In this document: piece after piece, positions 57,436 to 64,000 of the stretch
How positions within the stretch are numbered: the first letter of the stretch is position 1
Layout of the letters: every line of letters begins with the position of its first letter
Virus record (IMG/VR): IMGVR_UViG_3300005841_000032
Location: 1 to 64,000 of that record
Reading direction: 5' to 3' (one strand)
Source: a virus
Length of the DNA stretch: 64,000 nt
Made by a program: the position numbers and the translations under genes
The notes under the pieces: model-generated
Seen by the model: only the letters and a program-made list of their open reading frames with translations
Told to the model about the DNA's origin: nothing
Databases searched by the model: none

Positions 57436-58425
57436 TTACAGATTCGGTGAAAGCCTCCACTTAAATCCATATAATGTATCTAAATTACTTTTCCCTCTTA
57501 TAAATCTACCAATAGCATCTGCTTTGCCACTATTATAATCGCCAGCTTCTTTTAAAGTTTTGAATTCTGCTAAAATTTCACCAGTAATAGCATCTAATTT
57601 CTGAACACTCGTTTTCCCATTTTCACTATTTTTAGCCAATAGAATTCTATCATTAAACTGATCCAAAGACATTTTTTCATAATCTGATTTGTAAATAAAT
57701 ACAAAATTATGCGCCTTACGAACTGTATTTAAGCAGCATGGAACAACTCCTGATATTTTAGTAATTTTCTTAGCTTGAGTTGCCGATTCATATTCAGCTA
57801 TCAATCTACCATTAAAATCAAATTGTAATACCCGTTTGGCATACATTTGAATCAATTTATTTTTTTCGCTTTCAGTGTAAATGCGTTTCTTTCTAACTCC
57901 CTTAAAATTTTTCCTTGCTTCTTTAGCCGAAACACTCATTTTGGCTCTTGTTTCATCACTAACTTTTTTACCCAAATTAGCCAATCTATTATTTTCTATT
58001 TCTTCTTTACTTTTAACACTGCCCTTTGGACGCCCTATTCTTTTCTTGGCTTCTGTAGAATATCTTATATCAGCTATACTCTTTTTAGCCCTTCTATCTT
58101 TATTGTACCCCAACTTATAAAATCGATTATCTTTTTCAGAAGCAAAAAGAATATCGTTCAAATATTCTTGTTCAATATCTTTTAAATGATCCTTAAATCT
58201 ATCCATAGACAAGCCTTTATTTTCTACTACCTCTAAAATATATGGAATTAAAAATAGCCCATGCATTTGATATGCTTTGCACAAATCTTTATTTGAATGT
58301 TGTTGCAAGCGCATATATCGTTCATGGTCCTTTAATCTTCTAGCCAGATTGCAAGATGAACCAATATAAATTTTTGATTTATAAAAATCAACAATAGCAT
58401 AAATGCCAGCCTTAACTGAATTCAT
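57436..58425 (-). CDS. GIY-YIG homing endonuclease with NUMOD3/NUMOD1-like repeats
   Basis: GIY..YIGSS, EQ.YL, GYN, GKK.SDETRAKMS, V.Q.D..G..IAEY.S. Confidence 0.9.
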   Translation of the reverse strand: MNSVKAGIYAIVDFYKSKIYIGSSCNLARRLKDHERYMRLQQHSNKDLCKAYQMHGLFLIPYILEVVENKGLSMDRFKDHLKDIEQEYLNDILFASEKDNRFYKLGYNKDRRAKKSIADIRYSTEAKKRIGRPKGSVKSKEEIENNRLANLGKKVSDETRAKMSVSAKEARKNFKGVRKKRIYTESEKNKLIQMYAKRVLQFDFNGRLIAEYESATQAKKITKISGVVPCCLNTVRKAHNFVFIYKSDYEKMSLDQFNDRILLAKNSENGKTSVQKLDAITGEILAEFKTLKEAGDYNSGKADAIGRFIRGKSNLDTLYGFKWRLSPNL

Positions 58426-58450
58426 GCTACAAATCTAATAAAAATAAATT

Positions 58451-58936
58451 TTATAAATTTGGTGAGAGTATAGGATTAAGATACCGGAAGCCAATATTAT
58501 GTCCAGAAATAGTATTTTCAGTAATATTAGCACCTTCTGTGTCAATGTATACTTGACCTAAGATTGCATAAGGAACTGCTTTTGGAATTTTCTTTCCAGT
58601 TTCATCTATCAAATCAGTTACTTTTTTGAAAATATCGATTTGAATTCCATCGCCTTCTAACAAAAGTTGATCATCAAACTCTTGATTAGTTTTTACATTT
58701 CTATTAATACCCCCTAATCCAGTACTTGTAAAATCAATTTCATAAAAATCACAAGAACCTCTACCGCCCCAAGATAAAATTGGAACCTCGCTAGTTAATG
58801 CCGTTCCTATTCCGCGGACTTCGCCGCGGCTCATATCTTCAGTCCAAGAAATATTACGCATTCTTCCTATCGCTGTACCATTTTTCCTAATTACTGCGAT
58901 GTTGCCGGTGAGCACCTTGCCTTCGTTTGCTGCCAT
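58451..58936 (-). CDS. Tail tube protein
   Basis: 161 aa after sheath; V.GIG....E motif. Confidence 0.8.
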   Translation of the reverse strand: MAANEGKVLTGNIAVIRKNGTAIGRMRNISWTEDMSRGEVRGIGTALTSEVPILSWGGRGSCDFYEIDFTSTGLGGINRNVKTNQEFDDQLLLEGDGIQIDIFKKVTDLIDETGKKIPKAVPYAILGQVYIDTEGANITENTISGHNIGFRYLNPILSPNL

Positions 58937-58946
58937 TTATTTTTTA

Positions 58947-60929
58947 TTAACTATTAGGGTCTAAAATTGTACCAGTAAAGAAAATAAAATTAACAGCAGT
59001 ATTGGCTACAAATGCATACGTTACTTCATATGCATCTACATTCAATACTACATTTACGTCCCTAAAACTGATTATTAAATTGTCTTGATTATCTTTTGCG
59101 CACTTTGTTTGCAGATAATTTTCAACAAAAGTTTTTACATCTTCTGCCTTTAATGTATTACGATTTGTACCATCCGGTTTCTTAAGAAGAACCGTTTTTG
59201 CATTAAATACCAACTCCTTATTTAATTGCCTTTCAATACGTGCCAGTTGCTTACTATAAGTTGAGCCGTCAGGGTTGACTAGTAATTGATCATTTTGAAG
59301 AGTATTAATTCCTTCAACAATTTCAAAAGAATTTCCAATTGCGCGCGTCATTAGCACACCATTCGACAAACCTAATTCAAGGTCATTCTTTTTAAGTGAA
59401 TGAGCTTCTCCCTCAATTCCAATGTTTTTAAATGTCAATGGAATCTGTGGCGCTAATCCTGCTTCACGACCAAGTATTGCTGCTGCTTTATAAATAGAAT
59501 CGTAATGCTTAAACCCTTGTCCGCCTATCGCTATCTTATTTGCACCACCATGTACCAATGTTACATATTGACTATCAAAAGCCACTGCTAATGAATTAGA
59601 ACTATTGGAACCCGTATTCCAATCAGAAACATCGTAGCCTCCACCAATATAAATATCTGGTTTAATTTGAAGTTCATTTGTTGCAAATTCAATAATAGAA
59701 AGATTAGAAGTAGATCGTGCATTAACACCCCAATCATCTGCAAGTATAAAATCAAACGTTAAATCTGCAATAGCCTCTAAAGCATCTGTAAGATCGTCTG
59801 AGCTATAAGATTCAGTGCCGCCTACTGCTTTTTCATAAATGCTATATGCAGCAAGATCATCAGTTGTAATTTCATCACTAGCCCCTATTGAATAATCTGC
59901 AAGCGTAAAGTAAAATTTGAATGTAAAGTTACTATTCATCCAGTTTACTAATTCCTGAACAGTGCTAACCTCTGGTGATTTTACAATCAATTCAGGAATA
60001 GTACTTAATTCTGGAATTCCATCAAAATCTTCTGGAGCGTCAATTGAAATAATGCCATCTAATCCTTTATATGTTCCCCTATAAAAACTCAAGATGAATT
60101 TAGTATCGTCTACTTTTCCAGCTGACATTCTTGCAGCATAACCACGAGTAAGAATGGTTCCCTCTACCCCACCTGAAAAATTACCACTGTTACCTGCAAC
60201 TGAACCGGTTGTCTGAATAGTAGCAGGTAATCCATTCAATGAATCCGCTGAACCATGAGGTGCGTAAATCACTATCTGAGTTGTGTTTTGTGAAAACACT
60301 TCACATAAACCATTTGCATCTATTGCCGATGCAAGTCCTGCAACAATTGCTACAATATTGTCACCGGGTTTAACTACATAGGTTCCAGCAGGTTCACCTC
60401 CAATATTTACAGCAATAGAGTCACCGACTACACCAACATTAGTAATTGTTATTGTTGCTTTTGCCCTTGTTTCGTCTCCGAGCACTCCATTCCCAATATA
60501 CCCCTCGGCATTCACTTGAATATCGAGCGAACCATCATTTTCATCACCATCACTAGCCGATGAGCCAAAAAATAAATTAATTTCAGCCGGAACGGTTTGT
60601 GCGGCGCGAATATAAGTTAGACTATCTATCCCTTTTGAAGCTCCGCCTCCGGGCAAGAACAATGGACCGGCAAGAAACCAATGTAAGCCACCTTTTTGAA
60701 ATTTTCTAAATTCTCCTAATTGATTAAAAGTATAAATAGCATCTTTACCGCTTTTCAATGTGCCATTTATACCGGAGCCTCCACCATAAAACTTTGAATT
60801 ACCCGTAGAAATTAACAAAGTATTACCAAAACCTAATTGCAATACCGGAGAAGTAATGCCTCCCTTAATTGTTGAATAAGCTCCGGGAATTGTAATAACT
60901 GAAGAGTCGAAAAAATGCTGTCCGGCCAT
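58947..60929 (-). CDS. Tail sheath protein
   Basis: IPGAYS N-terminus, GG....DAL, LTFK, I..GINT, NFIF C-terminus. Confidence 0.88.
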   Translation of the reverse strand: MAGQHFFDSSVITIPGAYSTIKGGITSPVLQLGFGNTLLISTGNSKFYGGGSGINGTLKSGKDAIYTFNQLGEFRKFQKGGLHWFLAGPLFLPGGGASKGIDSLTYIRAAQTVPAEINLFFGSSASDGDENDGSLDIQVNAEGYIGNGVLGDETRAKATITITNVGVVGDSIAVNIGGEPAGTYVVKPGDNIVAIVAGLASAIDANGLCEVFSQNTTQIVIYAPHGSADSLNGLPATIQTTGSVAGNSGNFSGGVEGTILTRGYAARMSAGKVDDTKFILSFYRGTYKGLDGIISIDAPEDFDGIPELSTIPELIVKSPEVSTVQELVNWMNSNFTFKFYFTLADYSIGASDEITTDDLAAYSIYEKAVGGTESYSSDDLTDALEAIADLTFDFILADDWGVNARSTSNLSIIEFATNELQIKPDIYIGGGYDVSDWNTGSNSSNSLAVAFDSQYVTLVHGGANKIAIGGQGFKHYDSIYKAAAILGREAGLAPQIPLTFKNIGIEGEAHSLKKNDLELGLSNGVLMTRAIGNSFEIVEGINTLQNDQLLVNPDGSTYSKQLARIERQLNKELVFNAKTVLLKKPDGTNRNTLKAEDVKTFVENYLQTKCAKDNQDNLIISFRDVNVVLNVDAYEVTYAFVANTAVNFIFFTGTILDPNS

Positions 60930-60955
60930 TAGGTGTCTTTAAAATGCGTTAATCT

Positions 60956-60974
60956 TAAAAATACCAAATCGGCG
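60956..60974 (-). promoter_or_regulatory. Putative late promoter CGCCGATTTGGTATTTTTA
   Basis: Near copy of the 51429-51447 motif, upstream of sheath. Confidence 0.55.
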
Positions 60975-60985
60975 TTTATAATTCC

Positions 60986-61744
60986 CTAACTTGAACTATC
61001 GTTTAAATCGTCGCTTTCTTCAAATTCAATTGAACCTTGTGGCGTTTCTGCTCCTTCTGGCTTCCAATATATTCTTATTTTTCTAAATATTTCCTGAATC
61101 ACAATAGATGGTGACACTTGCTCATATTCAAATGTTAACACTATCGCTTTCTGGAATAATCTATCTGGAATCTCATTTCTCATTTTCAATTCCTGACCTG
61201 CTATTTTTATATTACTTAATCCCGTTAACTCAAAGTGATTTATGCAAGAGACTAGAAGGGCTTTCATAACATTATAAATAACTGTCATTTCTACTCTATT
61301 CTCGCAAACGATTAGAACGTAATGGGTAGCTAGATAACGTCTCATATATTGAGCCCTATATTGATCTGGTTCAGGGGCGTTATTAGCTATTTCAATTTCA
61401 TCCTGATCTCCTTCACCTATCATTATTGAATTATTTGCGGGGCTTTCAGATGGTTGCGTAATGTATAATTGCGGCACCTTTGTGTCATTGTGATCAAAGT
61501 TTAGAGTGCAATTGAAATGCTTTGGACTTTGAGGAGTAGTTATAAAAATCTTTACCGCTTCGTCATATAAACTTCTATTTGATACCGTTTGATTATTTAA
61601 TAGCAAGTAAAGTAAGCCTTCTTCTTGTTTTCCTTCTATTTGCTTATTTCTGTAATCGTCTCTTATCGTTATCAATAACTGATTGATTGTTTCTAAGATA
61701 ACGTGCTCGGGCAACAGGAGGGGTATATTGTTCAAAACTGCCAT
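60986..61744 (-). CDS. Putative tail terminator/completion protein
   Basis: Position before sheath; start re-called to MAVL at 61744. Confidence 0.6.
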   Translation of the reverse strand: MAVLNNIPLLLPEHVILETINQLLITIRDDYRNKQIEGKQEEGLLYLLLNNQTVSNRSLYDEAVKIFITTPQSPKHFNCTLNFDHNDTKVPQLYITQPSESPANNSIMIGEGDQDEIEIANNAPEPDQYRAQYMRRYLATHYVLIVCENRVEMTVIYNVMKALLVSCINHFELTGLSNIKIAGQELKMRNEIPDRLFQKAIVLTFEYEQVSPSIVIQEIFRKIRIYWKPEGAETPQGSIEFEESDDLNDSSS

Positions 61745-61749
61745 TACCT

Positions 61750-61783
61750 TAAAAATACGAAAACCCGCCTTTGAAGCGGGTTC
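61750..61783 (-). promoter_or_regulatory. Hairpin AACCCGC-N7-GCGGGTT abutting GTATTTTTA promoter motif
   Basis: Terminator-like stem followed by TTTCGTATTTTTA, 5 nt before ATG 61744. Confidence 0.55.
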
Positions 61784-62012
61784 TACTTTAAGCCAAAAAA
61801 AAAGGAATTTCAATTTTTATTTTGAAGCGTCCTCCACGCAATAGTATCTAATTTTGTACTAATTCCATATCTTGGCATAACTTCAATATCACGAATCAAT
61901 TCTGAAATCAATCTACCACGAGAAACCAATCCATGTTTAACACCTGTAAATTTAGCAAGAACTTTTTAAAGGAATTTTTTAAAATATTTTTGATAAGAAA
62001 TTTAGCAAATTG

Positions 62013-62753
62013 CTAAAATATATCATCTAATATTTCCCCCACAATTTTTGGAACGTCAAAGTTAGCTAAAGTTTTCCCAAATAAATCCCTTTTTTCAAAT
62101 CCCGGATGCCAAAATGCCATTGGATCAGATTTTGAACTTACCCGCCTAAATGACGTATAGCTATTCTGCTTTGTGACACTATCTTTTTTCTTTGTTATTC
62201 CTTCATGAATACTATGCTTATGCTGATATTCTTTGATAGCATTAGTTCCCGGCATAGTTATTTTCTTAACCTGTGGCTGCTGAAACTTTTTAGGTAAATC
62301 GCCTTTCTTTATTGGTTGACCTACATCCTTTTTCTTTGCAACCTTATAAACTTCTTCCGGCATTATATTGCTAAAATTTTCAGGCAAGGCACTGGGTGTC
62401 CCGTGAGTAAATGGAACAGTATTGTAAGTTGATCCTGATTTACTTTGCTTTGCATTTGGGCCTGCCAAAAGATCAGGTTTCATATCCCAACTTGGCTTTC
62501 CGCTTTCAATGGCATTAGCTAATTCACCCGTCAATACTACCGCGCCTTGAGCAAATCCTTCATCAACTACATTAATATTAGAAATATATTCTAATCGTGC
62601 AGTATGTAAGTTGTTGTTTGCTTCTGTTTCTAATGCCTGTGCAAATCTTCCAGTTACTTCTTTTACTGTATGATCAATAAGATTCCTTACATCTTCATCA
62701 CTCAATGAATATGCTTCAACTAATGGTGTCGGATCAAAGTCAATTTTTATCAA
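62013..62753 (-). CDS. Neck/tail-completion protein
   Basis: IE.G...WDMK, VPF.H, FRRVS.KSDP..FWHPG. Confidence 0.7.
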   Translation of the reverse strand: MIKIDFDPTPLVEAYSLSDEDVRNLIDHTVKEVTGRFAQALETEANNNLHTARLEYISNINVVDEGFAQGAVVLTGELANAIESGKPSWDMKPDLLAGPNAKQSKSGSTYNTVPFTHGTPSALPENFSNIMPEEVYKVAKKKDVGQPIKKGDLPKKFQQPQVKKITMPGTNAIKEYQHKHSIHEGITKKKDSVTKQNSYTSFRRVSSKSDPMAFWHPGFEKRDLFGKTLANFDVPKIVGEILDDIF

Positions 62754-63694
62754 ATTGATTCACTTAAAAGTATTCCAAGCGCCACTTTTTGCGCACTTGT
62801 TAAATTGTCAAAAATAGTTTGCGCTGAGCTATATTTCAATTGCCTTATAAAAGCTGGCAATTCTTCCGGTTCACAAGCATTAGGTAACCAACTATTATCC
62901 AATAAACGGTCACCAGTATAGTTTTCTGTATCCTTAATTAGATGCGCTCTTTTACCAATCGCTCTTATTGGCAATATTAATTCTTCTTGACCTTGCGATA
63001 CATTATTTTTTGTTGAAGTCAATGATTCTCTTACAATATCTATAATATGAAATACGGGTCTATGAACAAAACGAATAGAAACAGAAGGCGCAGTAATATT
63101 ATTTGATTCAAGAAACGTTGTAAACGTATTGCTATATTCAATAACATTATCATGAAATGTATAGTCAATATATTCCTCTAACTTCTTTATTGGTTCATCG
63201 TCACTTACGAACAATCCAATAAAATGGATAGACTCAATATTATACTTTGTAAATGAAAAGTAATTAGTATCATCATCATTCAATGTAGGAAACATTACTT
63301 GAGTATGATGCGCTGTTGCATTTTCAATAGTTATGCGATCCATGAATGATAACTTGTTTTCATCAAATGAAGTTATCATTACGGAACCAGAATCAATCAT
63401 GCCCCAATCTACAAATTGATTTTGATTAAATTTACCATCATGAGCAATACCAGTAATAATCATTCTGGTTCTAGTGGGATTGGCAAATATATAGCCAATA
63501 CCACCACAATTCATGCATTGATTCCTATGATCTATTTCTTTAGTCTTACATGGGCAAAGAATAACGGTTTCATAGATAACCTTGTAACCTTTATTGGTTA
63601 CCATGCCATCTATATCTTCTTTTCTAAAGCTAGATTGCTTTACCTCTGTCCCCGGCAGGGATTGATTAATTATAGTTTTTTGAGACGGGCGCAT
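62750..63694 (-). CDS. Head-tail joining (neck) protein, Twort/SPO1-like
   Basis: CPC...C.NC.G.GY, L...DRI. Confidence 0.7.
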   Translation of the reverse strand: MRPSQKTIINQSLPGTEVKQSSFRKEDIDGMVTNKGYKVIYETVILCPCKTKEIDHRNQCMNCGGIGYIFANPTRTRMIITGIAHDGKFNQNQFVDWGMIDSGSVMITSFDENKLSFMDRITIENATAHHTQVMFPTLNDDDTNYFSFTKYNIESIHFIGLFVSDDEPIKKLEEYIDYTFHDNVIEYSNTFTTFLESNNITAPSVSIRFVHRPVFHIIDIVRESLTSTKNNVSQGQEELILPIRAIGKRAHLIKDTENYTGDRLLDNSWLPNACEPEELPAFIRQLKYSSAQTIFDNLTSAQKVALGILLSESI

Positions 63695-63714
63695 AAATTG
63701 CCATTTTTACTTTA

Positions 63715-64000
63715 TTAAAGTGCGCCAATAGATATACCCCGATATCTCGCAATAAGGCGAGGAATAGTAATATCCATATCTTTTTCATATTGCACAATTC
63801 TACTAGAAAAAACCCCATACATTGCGCTGGCAGAGGTACTAATAGACTGACTGACGCCATCAACAGAATTCGACACACCTGTCACCCCAACGCCAAATAA
63901 AATGTCACCCATCGCATTGAACATATTTATTGTGGCTTGTTTACCAATCACATTCAATATGTCTGCCGGAATACCTCTTTTACAATCTCCAATTCCCGTT
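63715..64000 (-). CDS. Head-tail connector, C-terminal part (starts outside window)
   Basis: P.DI.N.IGK.A, S.SVDGVSQS..TS.SAMY...SSRI..Y. Confidence 0.7.
   Translation of the reverse strand, partial: TGIGDCKRGIPADILNVIGKQATINMFNAMGDILFGVGVTGVSNSVDGVSQSISTSASAMYGVFSSRIVQYEKDMDITIPRLIARYRGISIGAL

Noticed and set aside
547-64000. Stop-codon reassignment as in some crAss-like phages
   Set aside because: Long genes are intact in code 11, and TAA, TAG and TGA all end genes at coupled junctions

Overview
A 64-kb segment of a large, AT-rich (~30% GC) contractile-tailed dsDNA phage or prophage, most likely infecting a Bacteroidota host (TAnnTTTG-type promoters, A-rich starts without SD, signal peptides with Gln at +1). 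Nearly all genes are on the minus strand. Right to left: Twort/SPO1-like neck, sheath, tube, tape measure, baseplate and fibre genes (64.0-38.6 kb); a replication/recombination block (intein-containing DnaB-like helicase, primase, DnaE, IbrA/IbrB-like PAPS-reductase/ParB module, dNMP kinase, MazG, UvsY-like, SSB, SbcCD-like, RuvC-like, two sigma-like factors; 38.6-11 kb); a regulatory/early region with structured non-coding RNA candidates and a degenerate tRNA(CAU) (11-7 kb); then RNase H and an intein-containing SF1 helicase. The first ~310 bp jump to ~49% GC and encode the start of a host-like secreted protein. Best leads: a c4/CI-like antisense RNA plus a ~230-nt structured RNA upstream of a DUF559 nuclease; a four-gene IbrAB module with a stand-alone copy of the IbrA C-terminal domain (candidate DNA-modification system); a 1220-aa SGNH tail fibre with a Sec signal peptide; a homing endonuclease that duplicated and recoded the tail-tube C-terminus; and a recurring GTATTTTTA promoter motif with near-leaderless starts. 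All functional calls come from motif recognition by eye; no database searches were run.
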